From assembly GCA_046760225.1 (NCBI GenBank), contig JBHIDR010000001.1, positions 1-61,483 on the forward strand: a stretch of 61,483 nucleotides of DNA, given 5' to 3'. Positions within the stretch are counted from its first letter, which is position 1, and every line of letters begins with the position of its first letter. This DNA comes from Candidatus Aenigmatarchaeota archaeon. GTDB taxonomy: Archaea > Aenigmatarchaeota > Aenigmatarchaeia > Aenigmatarchaeales > JACQIB01. Below the pieces are notes generated by a model that was given only the letters and a program-made list of their open reading frames with translations, was not told the DNA's origin and searched no databases. This document shows positions 37,903 through 45,257 of the stretch, piece by piece. The translations under genes were made by a program, and so were the position numbers.

Positions 37903-38109
37903 ATGGTAAAAAGGCTTTACAGGTCAGGAAAGGACAGGATACTAGGAGGGGTTTGCGGAGGAATTGCAGAATACCTAGGAGTAGATCCTGTTATAATCAG
38001 GCTGATATGGGCTGTACTTACCCTGGCTTCCCTTGGTGTAGGGCTTCTGGCTTATGTTATAGCATGGTTTCTCGTACCAAGGAACCCAAATCACAAATGG
38101 CAGGACTGA
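37903..38109 (+). CDS. PspC domain membrane protein
   Basis: RLYRSGKDRILGGVCGGIAEYLGVDPVIIRLIWAVLTL matches the PspC domain. Confidence 0.8.
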   Translation: MVKRLYRSGKDRILGGVCGGIAEYLGVDPVIIRLIWAVLTLASLGVGLLAYVIAWFLVPRNPNHKWQD

Positions 38110-38114
38110 TTATT

Positions 38115-38540
38115 CTAAGCCTTGAGAAGCTCGCACTCCTCTTCCAACATCCCTGCCAGTATTTTTTCATCGTCGTATGGAACCTCTTCTATGCGCCAAA
38201 AGATTTTGCTTACAAATGCTTCATGCTCATTTCCAATAACAGCTTCTCCTACACTTTCTCTTATCTGCAGCATCTTTTCCCTGTCCATTACCCTTGCCCA
38301 TATGTTCACTTTCCCTTCAGAGCATTCTAGCCCAGGATATCCCTGTATGTGCATGACCTTTGTGGGGTCCTTCTTGAGTTCGTAAAAGAAGTGAACATCA
38401 TGCTCATTGTGGGAATGAAAATCGATTACTATTCCTAACTTGCAATAATAGTGGCCAAGACTGTTCAGCAGTGAATTAATCCTTTCTCTTGGCTCCTTCC
38501 TGTATTCCGGCTCGTCTCCCATGATACCCATATGAACCAA
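38115..38540 (-). CDS. hypothetical protein
   Basis: The 141-aa ORF has no recognisable motif. The plus-strand ORFs here are shadows. Confidence 0.5.
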   Translation of the reverse strand: MVHMGIMGDEPEYRKEPRERINSLLNSLGHYYCKLGIVIDFHSHNEHDVHFFYELKKDPTKVMHIQGYPGLECSEGKVNIWARVMDREKMLQIRESVGEAVIGNEHEAFVSKIFWRIEEVPYDDEKILAGMLEEECELLKA

Positions 38541-38575
38541 AAAGGATTTAAATCCCGCATTGGGGGGAACAAATT

Positions 38576-38845
38576 TTATTTTTTCAGAAATCTCTCAAAT
38601 AAAAAGATAGGGATGCAAACGCTGAATGCCTCTGCCAATAAAACGGTGAGCGGGACCCCGAATACCTGGAACGGTATTGTGAATGTGTAATATCCCAAAC
38701 TCACTGATGTTGCGTCGAAAATAAAGGCAAAGAGTGTCCCGCTAACAGCATAATAGAGCCAGCGCCTGTCCTTTTCATTCAGAAGAATCAGGAAGAAAGC
38801 AATTGCACTTGCAACAACATAGCCAGTCCAAATTAACAGGCTCAT
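38576..38845 (-). CDS. 3-TM membrane protein, tandem paralog B
   Basis: The start was moved to MSLLIW, giving an ATGA overlap with the upstream gene. SLGYYTFTIPFQVFGVPLTVLLAEAF parallels TLGFWHYSATPKIF in the neighbour. Confidence 0.5.
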   Translation of the reverse strand: MSLLIWTGYVVASAIAFFLILLNEKDRRWLYYAVSGTLFAFIFDATSVSLGYYTFTIPFQVFGVPLTVLLAEAFSVCIPIFLFERFLKK

Positions 38846-39117
38846 AATCTTCTCCTCAACAAATTCCCGGCAAAATAGGTGTATGACAACCAAGGAAAGT
38901 ATGCAAACAGGGAAAAGGCCGCAACAGTGAAGATTTTGGGTGTTGCAGAATAGTGCCAGAATCCAAGTGTTGTTGATATCAATTCAAAAAGGAAAGCAAG
39001 AACTAAGGTAACGATTCCAAGAAGAACATACTGCTTTATGTTTTTTCGGTCGTGATAAAATACAAGAATCAATGGGGCTGAATAAATCATCAGAAGACCT
39101 ATATTTTCCATGACCAT
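38842..39117 (-). CDS. 3-TM membrane protein, tandem paralog A
   Basis: The 91-aa ORF has three hydrophobic helices. It might be lycopene-cyclase-domain-like, but that is unverified. Confidence 0.5.
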   Translation of the reverse strand: MVMENIGLLMIYSAPLILVFYHDRKNIKQYVLLGIVTLVLAFLFELISTTLGFWHYSATPKIFTVAAFSLFAYFPWLSYTYFAGNLLRRRL

Positions 39118-39169
39118 AATTAAAATCTTGTTTTAAAAAAGATTTAGATCCATAGAAAATACAGCAGTT

Positions 39170-39673
39170 TTATTTCCACTTGATTTCTAGGCTTTCAAGG
39201 TCCTTTGCAGGCTCAGGCTTGATAAATCTGAAAACCATGAAATGAAGATGAGGCACGATGGACCATCCTGTATTCCCGCTATATCCGAGAATTTCACCAG
39301 CCTTTACATTCTGTCCTCTCTTCACCAGAACCCCTTTGTACCTCAGATGACTGTAGATAGAGAATTCGTTGTTAGCGTGCTTAATAACAACATAATTACC
39401 GTCCTGTTTTTCCTCTGGCATGACATCCTCACTTGGCAGTTCCCATCCACTATAATTTTCCTTTACGTCATCAACCATAGCGACAACTTCTCCATCTGAA
39501 GCTGCTTTGATAGGGGTTCCTTCGTCGCAGAGAAAATCAACAGCATGTGTTAGGTCATATACCTCACCAGTTTTTTCACTGCGGTACCTCTTGTGAGCTG
39601 GAGACTCTTTAGTAGCGATTTTCTGAATATCTTCTTCTTTGATTGGACGCGAATAAGTGTTCTCTGTTTCCAT
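39170..39673 (-). CDS. M23 (LytM-type) metallopeptidase
   Basis: HAVDFLCDEGTPIKAASDGEVV matches HxxxD...GtPv.A...G.V, and GWSIVPHLHFMVF matches the HxH motif. The start was set at METENTY because the track N-terminus runs through tRNA-Ala. Confidence 0.8.
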   Translation of the reverse strand: METENTYSRPIKEEDIQKIATKESPAHKRYRSEKTGEVYDLTHAVDFLCDEGTPIKAASDGEVVAMVDDVKENYSGWELPSEDVMPEEKQDGNYVVIKHANNEFSIYSHLRYKGVLVKRGQNVKAGEILGYSGNTGWSIVPHLHFMVFRFIKPEPAKDLESLEIKWK

Positions 39674-39703
39674 GCTCAATAATTGGAAGATAGAATTTAA
39701 ATA

Positions 39704-39806
39704 TGGTGGACTCGCGGGGACTCGAACCCCGAACCTCCACCTTGCATTCACCCTCCAATTCAATGAACTGGAGTAGGGTGGCGATCTTCCATTGATCTAC
39801 GAGCCC
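39704..39806 (-). tRNA. tRNA-Ala(UGC) with 28-nt intron, CCA encoded
   Basis: The reverse complement is GGGCTCG TA GATC AATGGAA GATC G CCACC CT[intron 39747-39774]TGCAA GGTGG AGGTT CGGGG TTCGAGT CCCCG CGAGTCC A CCA. The G3:U70 Ala identity pair is present. Confidence 0.85.
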
Positions 39807-39843
39807 TTATTGTAAAAGTATGATGTAGAGAATTTAAAGGTTT

Positions 39844-40407
39844 CTAAAGATACTCCAGCATGCTGTCAAGAAGGAACCTGCATGCCCTGTATTCTTTCTC
39901 AACAAGTGGCCTTGCTTCCTCTATCATGATTTTCTCGTTCCAGTCCCCGTCAATCTTGTCAGATGCCCATTTTAATTTCTTCTCAGGTTCATCCTTGAAC
40001 TTCTCTCCTGTCAAGAGGAAGAGAATCGGGAAGCACTGGAAATGCGACATTGCATCTGCTGTAGTAAGTATCTTTGCCTCGATTGTCTCTGGCACAAGTT
40101 CTCTGTTGCTGCCCCTGTGGGTTCTTATGCAGGAGGCAACTTTTTCTGCTGTTTCCTCTGGGTATCCCAGGTCTGTGAGAAATGCATAAGCAATTTCAGC
40201 GCCGCGTATGTCATGGTCCTTTTTGCTATGTTCCTTTAAATCTGCCCTTGCAATATCATGCAGGTATGCTGCAAGTTCCACTATTTCCCTATTGGCATTC
40301 TTTATCTCAGCAAGCTTTAGAGAGTTCTTTACAACAGGAATAACATGGTACTTCCAATCCATCATGTCGTATGTGTTTTTTGCTAGTTCTATGACCTTGT
40401 CTTTCAT
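39844..40407 (-). CDS. HD-domain phosphohydrolase
   Basis: It has LAAYLHDIARAD (the H..HD motif) and further His/Asp ligands (RTHRGS, TADAMSH). Size is 187 aa. Confidence 0.8.
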   Translation of the reverse strand: MKDKVIELAKNTYDMMDWKYHVIPVVKNSLKLAEIKNANREIVELAAYLHDIARADLKEHSKKDHDIRGAEIAYAFLTDLGYPEETAEKVASCIRTHRGSNRELVPETIEAKILTTADAMSHFQCFPILFLLTGEKFKDEPEKKLKWASDKIDGDWNEKIMIEEARPLVEKEYRACRFLLDSMLEYL

Positions 40408-40501
40408 GCTCTGAATTGGAGAATAAAGGATAAATGCTTAATGCTGGCGAGTTTTAATGCTCCAATGCGTTGCCCACGGGTATTTCCAATTAAATGGAAA
40501 T

Positions 40502-40542
<41 letters not shown>

Positions 40543-40543
40543 T

Positions 40544-40892
40544 ATCAAGGTGAAAAATAGCAGACGCGGTTCCCATCCCTAAAAGAAGAAATATTGCCTT
40601 TATTGGACTTCCATGGGCTGGTATTACGTTTCAATTTGAAGTTCTCTCTGGGAAGATTCAAGTTGTTGCTCCACTTTCCAGTCAAATCCTCCTTGTGTGT
40701 AGTTTCTGCATACACATCCACTTTTATCCTCTCTTCCGGAACCCATTCTTTCAGTATGTCAACTGTGAACCGAATTATGGAATCCGAGGAGTTGAATATC
40801 TGTATATGCTTTCTATTGATGAAACCGTCACCAACTATCAGTCCAGAAATCCAATAGAGATGAGAATCGCCTGGAGCCATCTTGTCACCTTT
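40544..40892 (-). mobile_element. 16S intron inside the 1492 primer site
   Basis: The exon reads ggctaccttgtt | 349 nt | atgactt, where GGYTACCTTGTTACGACTT is expected. Confidence 0.7.
40545..40880 (-). CDS. short single-motif LAGLIDADG endonuclease-like ORF (111 aa, possibly degenerate)
   Basis: It has one LAGLIDADG motif (YWISGLIVGDGFI). The ORF fills the intron almost end to end. Confidence 0.55.
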   Translation of the reverse strand: MAPGDSHLYWISGLIVGDGFINRKHIQIFNSSDSIIRFTVDILKEWVPEERIKVDVYAETTHKEDLTGKWSNNLNLPRENFKLKRNTSPWKSNKGNISSFRDGNRVCYFSP

Positions 40893-41049
40893 ATGACTTT
40901 CGACCTCCAGAAAAGCTGTTGTTCATTCTATATAACTCTTACTGAAGTTAGCCTTCCTCGCGGGCCCCCGGCTCGACTCTGCCCGCTCCTATTGCTAGGT
41001 CACGGAGAGAGCCTCACCGAGAATCCACTCAGATGGCTTGACAGGCGGT

Positions 41050-41763
41050 TTACACGAGATGGTAGTGACGTTTCAAGATATCTCTAACAAGTTTATTTTT
41101 CTCAGTGCCTTTATGAGAACCCCTAACAGTTTTAAGGCCTTTAATAAACCCAATCTTTTCATGGAACTTTTTTATTTCAGACTTTCTCTTTATGAAAACA
41201 AGTGATGTTCCCCTTACACCAACCTTGATATCAACTTTTTTGAACATCTGGATTATCTGGTGCCGTAAAATCGGATGTCCAACCCGAACAATTACTTCAT
41301 CGTTTCTTTTATCAGAGCCTACTACAGGTCCTCCATCACAAGAGCAAAATATTTTCAGATATTCTGCTGTTTCCTTTGGTCCGGCTTTCAAGACTGACTT
41401 TGGGAAGGATGCTGGTGGATAAAATTTTTCATCAAACCCTATAGGCTTACATCTCTTGCAGCTTGGTCCTAATTGACTAGTACCCTTAGTTACCGGGCAA
41501 GCATTTTGTTGACCGGTTGCACATGGCATTGTCCTAAAACTCGTAGACAAGTCAAAAAGAGTCTCACATAGAGGTTTTGAAAATACTTCAAACTGTTTAC
41601 TATTTTTTCGACAAACCTTATATCCCAAATCCTTTGCCAGATCTCGAAAAACTTTTTGTAAAACCTCTGTTGTATTTGTGAACGTGACCCTTTGGTCTTT
41701 ATGTCTGACACCTCCTTCTGCAAGCAGGAGAACAGCCATCTTATTGACTATTTTTTTCTTCAT
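41050..41763 (-). CDS. double-motif LAGLIDADG homing endonuclease with Cys-rich linker
   Basis: The motifs are MAVLLLAEGGV and LKIFCSCDGGPV, with the linker CATGQQNACPV...CKRC between them. The ATG start was taken at MKKKIVNK. Confidence 0.7.
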   Translation of the reverse strand: MKKKIVNKMAVLLLAEGGVRHKDQRVTFTNTTEVLQKVFRDLAKDLGYKVCRKNSKQFEVFSKPLCETLFDLSTSFRTMPCATGQQNACPVTKGTSQLGPSCKRCKPIGFDEKFYPPASFPKSVLKAGPKETAEYLKIFCSCDGGPVVGSDKRNDEVIVRVGHPILRHQIIQMFKKVDIKVGVRGTSLVFIKRKSEIKKFHEKIGFIKGLKTVRGSHKGTEKNKLVRDILKRHYHLV

Positions 41764-41773
41764 ATGTATATGC
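41050..41773 (-). mobile_element. 16S intron inside the 1392/1406 site
   Basis: The exon reads gacaggcggt | insertion | gtgtgcaa, where GACGGGCGGTGTGTGCAA is expected. Confidence 0.65.
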
Positions 41774-41781
41774 GTGTGCAA

Positions 41782-41886
41782 CTAGTATAAATAACAAGGG
41801 TCCCACAAAGGCAAAACTCACTTTCAGGTCACCACTCATCCCTGTGTGCTTCTCCGAAGATTAGCCTCGACTAAGTCTTCTAAAGA
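41782..41886 (-). other. ORF-less ~105-nt insertion next to the 1392 site
   Basis: In archaeal 16S, gtgtgcaa is normally followed directly by GGAGCAGGGAC. Here aaagagcagggac appears only about 105 nt later. The boundaries are approximate. Confidence 0.4.
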
Positions 41887-42017
41887 GCAGGGACTTATTC
41901 AGCGAACGAATCCATGTGCTGGAAAAATTAGTGCAGCTTCTCTCAGCACTTTATGACGTTCGCTTATTCTCCTAGGTGGCCGCCCTTGAAGCGGACATCT
42001 ATCTAGAGATTCCAGCT

Positions 42018-42851
42018 TCATGAGGACGAGTTACAGTCCTTAGGACCTGATAAAGCATTCAAAACAAAATTAAGTTTTTTCCAGTCTTCATATTCTATAA
42101 TTTCTATAACTTGTGAGATGTTCCTAAATTTTTTAACAAACTTTATGTATGGTGTTATTATTATTCTGAAATTAGGATCACTGTTTATTGCTTGTAGCAA
42201 TCGTTTAAGTTTGTTCTCAAAATAATCCTTGTTTCTATAACCCATGAATTCGAGATATGTTGGAATTTTGTTTGACAGCTCACTAATGAACATGTCAAAG
42301 CAAATATAGCTTATGTATTCCATTTCAACAGACTTAATTGCAAATTTCTTTCTTTGTAATTCAACGTTTATGGCTGTCATACCTCTTGAGTATAAAAACT
42401 CTGCAATTTTTTCTTCCCCTTCTGAAATCCAGCCACTTTTCTTTCTTTTTGGAAAATTGGGCGAAAAGGGTCCAAGCTCATTATCAACTATTTTTCGTCC
42501 ACCTTTTCTTGCCCATTCTGCTAGCCGTTTACCATGTTTTAATTGAAGTGCTTTGTTTGCCTTGAAATATCCCCAGTTTGCATTCAGTACCTTAGCAATC
42601 AAAGGTTCGATTTCTTTTATATCAATTTCTGAAAGTTCTATGCATTTTTGCACGATTGTTGCTGGAGTTGTAATCTCTTCATTAAGCCAATTTGAAAAGG
42701 TGTTCTTCGGTACGTTCAACAATTTGTAAAGTTCTTTCCATTGGGTTAGTCCTAATTTGAATTTCACAAGACTGAAAAATTCATTAGCTTTACCTGATTT
42801 CCATTTTATTCTCTTGTCTGTTGAATTTTTTTGAAAATTTTTAATTTTCAT
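42018..42851 (-). CDS. intron ORF: HTH + putative Vsr/DUF559-like nuclease (divergent member)
   Basis: It has an N-terminal HTH-like segment (KLGLTQWKELYKLLNVPKNTFSNWLNEE). The C-terminal part reads SEGEEKIAEFL...CFDMFI...YLEFMGY. The stop codon lies in the exon sequence cttcatgagg. Confidence 0.55.
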   Translation of the reverse strand: MKIKNFQKNSTDKRIKWKSGKANEFFSLVKFKLGLTQWKELYKLLNVPKNTFSNWLNEEITTPATIVQKCIELSEIDIKEIEPLIAKVLNANWGYFKANKALQLKHGKRLAEWARKGGRKIVDNELGPFSPNFPKRKKSGWISEGEEKIAEFLYSRGMTAINVELQRKKFAIKSVEMEYISYICFDMFISELSNKIPTYLEFMGYRNKDYFENKLKRLLQAINSDPNFRIIITPYIKFVKKFRNISQVIEIIEYEDWKKLNFVLNALSGPKDCNSSS

Positions 42852-42957
42852 GGGTTAACTTAGGTGAAGCGCCCTTATCTGTTTTTGTGGTGGTTGACAC
42901 CACCCCCGTAAGGGGCAAAAACAGAATATGGGCGCTGAGTCATGCACACTTTATCAG
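42041..42957 (-). mobile_element. 16S intron (917 nt) in the ~1310-1330 region
   Basis: The exon reads gagttacagtcct | insertion | tcaatccgaactgagg. The termini are complementary (ctgataaag 42047-55 and ctttatcag 42949-57). The 5' part folds into a long nested hairpin (42869-42936). Confidence 0.75.
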
Positions 42958-43255
42958 TCAATCCGAACTGAGGCCAGGTTTAGGAGATTGGCTTTGCCTT
43001 TCGGCATTGCATCCCATTGTCCTGGTCATTGTAGGCCGCGTTTGGCCCCAAGCGGGCAGATTTTGAATTTGCTCATCTACCAACCTGGTGTAGCCGGGGG
43101 CATTAGGGCCATACGGTTATAGCCAAGCATACAAAACTTGCATGTCTCGGTACCTATCGTTGCCCACACCTTCCTCTGATTTAACACCAGCGGTCCCACC
43201 AGAGTGCCCACATTCCGGAGAACGTGGTGGCAACTGGTGGCGTGGGTCTCGCTCG

Positions 43256-43296
43256 ATAGTCGCGAGAGAAACTACATGGTGTAGCCTCGAGTCGCT
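43256..43296 (-). other. 41-nt ORF-less insertion in the 1100 site
   Basis: The sequence reads gggtctcgctcg | atagtcgcgagagaaactacatggtgtagcctcgagtcgct | ttaaccgacttaacggcac, where GGGTCTCGCTCGTTGCCTGACTTAAC is expected. It contains the hairpin ctaca-tgg-tgtag. Confidence 0.5.
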
Positions 43297-43387
43297 TTAA
43301 CCGACTTAACGGCACGCCTCAAGGTACGAGCTGACGATGGCCATGCAACTCCGCTCAGCGCGTCTGGTAACCCCTTCAGAGTGACCT

Positions 43388-44140
43388 TCATCCTGCTGTC
43401 AGTCCCCGTAAGATGTCCGGCGTCGAATCCAATTGAACCGCAGCATGTGGTGCTAGAAAACCGCGCAAGTTTTTAAGGTCTTTCATTTCAAAAATAATAT
43501 CAAAGTCTTCTAATCTCCTTTTGAGATTGTAGGTTAGATTGTTAGGTACTATTGCAATAATAATCAAATTGTTTATGTTGTTCTTTAGTTTTATTGCTCT
43601 AAGATTTAAAGACTCCAATTTCTGCCTCCTTCTAGATTCTGTGACTTCTATTATTATTTTCTCTTCATTTATTCGAATAAAGAAGTCGACATTTACTGGA
43701 CCTATGCTGGTATAGAAAGTTTTGTGGATTTCAACTTTAAGTTTCAGCTGTCTAATCAAGGACAAAATCTTCTTTTCTTGGCTTGTTAATTTTGCTTTTT
43801 CAGCCCTTTTAATTGCTTGTCTTTGTCCTCCGAGTGAAAGTTTGGTTATCTTTTCATAATTTTTTTCTATTATTTCAAAGGGTTCTAGTTTTCTTATATT
43901 CTTTTTAACCCATTTCGTTACCTTCTTGTTCACGGTCTTTCTTTTCCCTCTTTCAGTCTCTGAGATCGCAGCATAACTTAAACCAACAAGTTCCCCAAAT
44001 TCTTTCAGGCTCTTACCAACATCAAGTCTAATTAATGTCAGTGTTCTGGGGTTTTTTTCTAGCAAATTTAAGGTACTTACATTTCGATTATCCGGATATA
44101 TTTCTTTCAAATACCTTAAACCGCTCTTTGTTGGAGGCAT
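43388..44140 (-). CDS. intron ORF: XRE-type HTH + Vsr/DUF559-like (PD-(D/E)XK) nuclease
   Basis: The HTH is GKSLKEFGELVGLSYAAISETERGKR. The C-terminal part is LTSQEKKILSLIRQLKLKVEIHK...VNVDFFI...IIIEVTES. The last 56 nt of the ORF run into the downstream exon. Confidence 0.6.
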   Translation of the reverse strand: MPPTKSGLRYLKEIYPDNRNVSTLNLLEKNPRTLTLIRLDVGKSLKEFGELVGLSYAAISETERGKRKTVNKKVTKWVKKNIRKLEPFEIIEKNYEKITKLSLGGQRQAIKRAEKAKLTSQEKKILSLIRQLKLKVEIHKTFYTSIGPVNVDFFIRINEEKIIIEVTESRRRQKLESLNLRAIKLKNNINNLIIIAIVPNNLTYNLKRRLEDFDIIFEMKDLKNLRGFLAPHAAVQLDSTPDILRGLTAG

Positions 44141-44187
44141 GGTTCAACATATTGTGTTTTGTACCTCTTATGTGTTACGACTTTCTT
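43444..44187 (-). mobile_element. 16S intron (~744 nt) in the ~930-940 region
   Basis: The exon reads attgaaccgcag | insertion | gcatctccacctcttgtgtgctcccccgcc, where AAACCGCAGGCTCCACC..GTGCTCCCCCGCC is expected. Confidence 0.7.
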
Positions 44188-44255
44188 GCATCTCCACCTC
44201 TTGTGTGCTCCCCCGCCAAATCGGGGAAAAGAAGAAATCCCTTCCTTTCTTTCCC

Positions 44256-45068
44256 TTAAGTTCGCTGTCGGTGGTCCGACAGATCAATCGAACTAAGGAA
44301 CTTTTCTAAAGCACCTGCCGACTTAGCAACATAATCAAATTCCCTTTTTACAATTTCCTTTACCATAAGAGGTAACAAACTGCTAACAATCACAAATAAG
44401 GCTTTTGGATAGATTTCTTTCAAAACTCTATTTCTGTATGCATATGCTTGATAAAGAACTGGAAGGTCATGCCTGCGATTGGTTGCTTCTATGAAACAAA
44501 CAGGTCTCGAGTTTTTGTAAATCACAAAGTCGACATTCATATTGATTAGTGGGTTTTTGACAAGTTTATGTATTTTATAGCTGAATTTTAATTTGTCAAG
44601 TACAGCTGCTATATCTTTTTCTTGTGATGTCAGGCGTTGCATGGAATTAGTTTTCATTGCGCCTAGTCTTCCCCATGCCTGCCTTTGACTCCGTGAAGTT
44701 ACTTTTAAAGAAAGCTTTTGCAGTTGTTTGGCACGTTCGGATGTCATGTGGACACCATGCTTCATTGATTCAAACTTTTTATAATTCATATCGATAGTCT
44801 TTATATCAATATTTTTTGGTGCATACCTTGCTATGGTCTTTGCTAACGATTTTCGCATACGCTTGGTCTTTCCTTTTTCATGCTTTATTAGCATGGTATG
44901 TGATAGTGCGTATTTCAGCCTTCTCAAGAACTGTCGCTGACTAAGTCCAGCGGCCAATCTCAACGCAAAAACACTTCCTGGTTTTATTGCTAAGAGTTTT
45001 TCGACCTCTCCAGCCTTTGTAGCTAGTCGTAGTGCTTTAGAGAGCTCCATTAATTCCGATTTTTCCAT
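44256..45068 (-). CDS. intron ORF: XRE-type HTH + Vsr/DUF559-like (PD-(D/E)XK) nuclease
   Basis: The HTH is LRLAAGLSQRQFLRRLKYALSHTMLIKHEKGK. The C-terminal part is LTSQEKDIAAVLDKLKFSYKIHK...MNVDFVI...CFIEATNRR. It is clearly paralogous to 43388..44140. Confidence 0.6.
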   Translation of the reverse strand: MEKSELMELSKALRLATKAGEVEKLLAIKPGSVFALRLAAGLSQRQFLRRLKYALSHTMLIKHEKGKTKRMRKSLAKTIARYAPKNIDIKTIDMNYKKFESMKHGVHMTSERAKQLQKLSLKVTSRSQRQAWGRLGAMKTNSMQRLTSQEKDIAAVLDKLKFSYKIHKLVKNPLINMNVDFVIYKNSRPVCFIEATNRRHDLPVLYQAYAYRNRVLKEIYPKALFVIVSSLLPLMVKEIVKREFDYVAKSAGALEKFLSSIDLSDHRQRT

Positions 45069-45082
45069 CGAACCGCCCGAAT
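44263..45082 (-). mobile_element. 16S intron (~820 nt) inside the 915 site region
   Basis: The exon reads ...cccttaagtt | insertion | tcagccttgcggccgta, where CCTTTAAGTTTCAGCCTTGCGGCCGTA is expected. Confidence 0.7.
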
Positions 45083-45099
45083 TCAGCCTTGCGGCCGTA

Positions 45100-45156
45100 T
45101 TTGGGGAAAGGCCGCATAGTATAATTTGTTTTTATATTCATAAATACGACCCTTCT
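45100..45156 (-). other. 57-nt AT-rich ORF-less insertion in the ~880 region
   Basis: The sequence reads gcggccgta | tttggggaaaggccgcatagtataatttgtttttatattcataaatacgacccttct | ctccccaggcggc, where GCGGCCGTACTTCCCAGGCGGC is expected. Confidence 0.5.
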
Positions 45157-45257
45157 CTCCCCAGGCGGCCCGTTTAACATCTACACTCCGGCACTGCATA
45201 TCCACGTAGGACATGCAACACCAAACGGGCATCGTTTACAGCTGGGACTAACTGGGT

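Noticed and set aside
39118-40501. A search for a 23S rRNA after tRNA-Ala, and for a 5S anywhere in the window.
   Set aside because: I recognised no LSU or 5S conserved sequence. The region is occupied by protein-coding genes.
41774-41781. Uncertainty about whether gtgtgcaa is a true micro-exon between the 724-nt intron and the ~105-nt insert, or part of one ~835-nt intron.
   Set aside because: This cannot be resolved by eye. It is reported as two adjacent insertions with low confidence and needs a covariance-model alignment.
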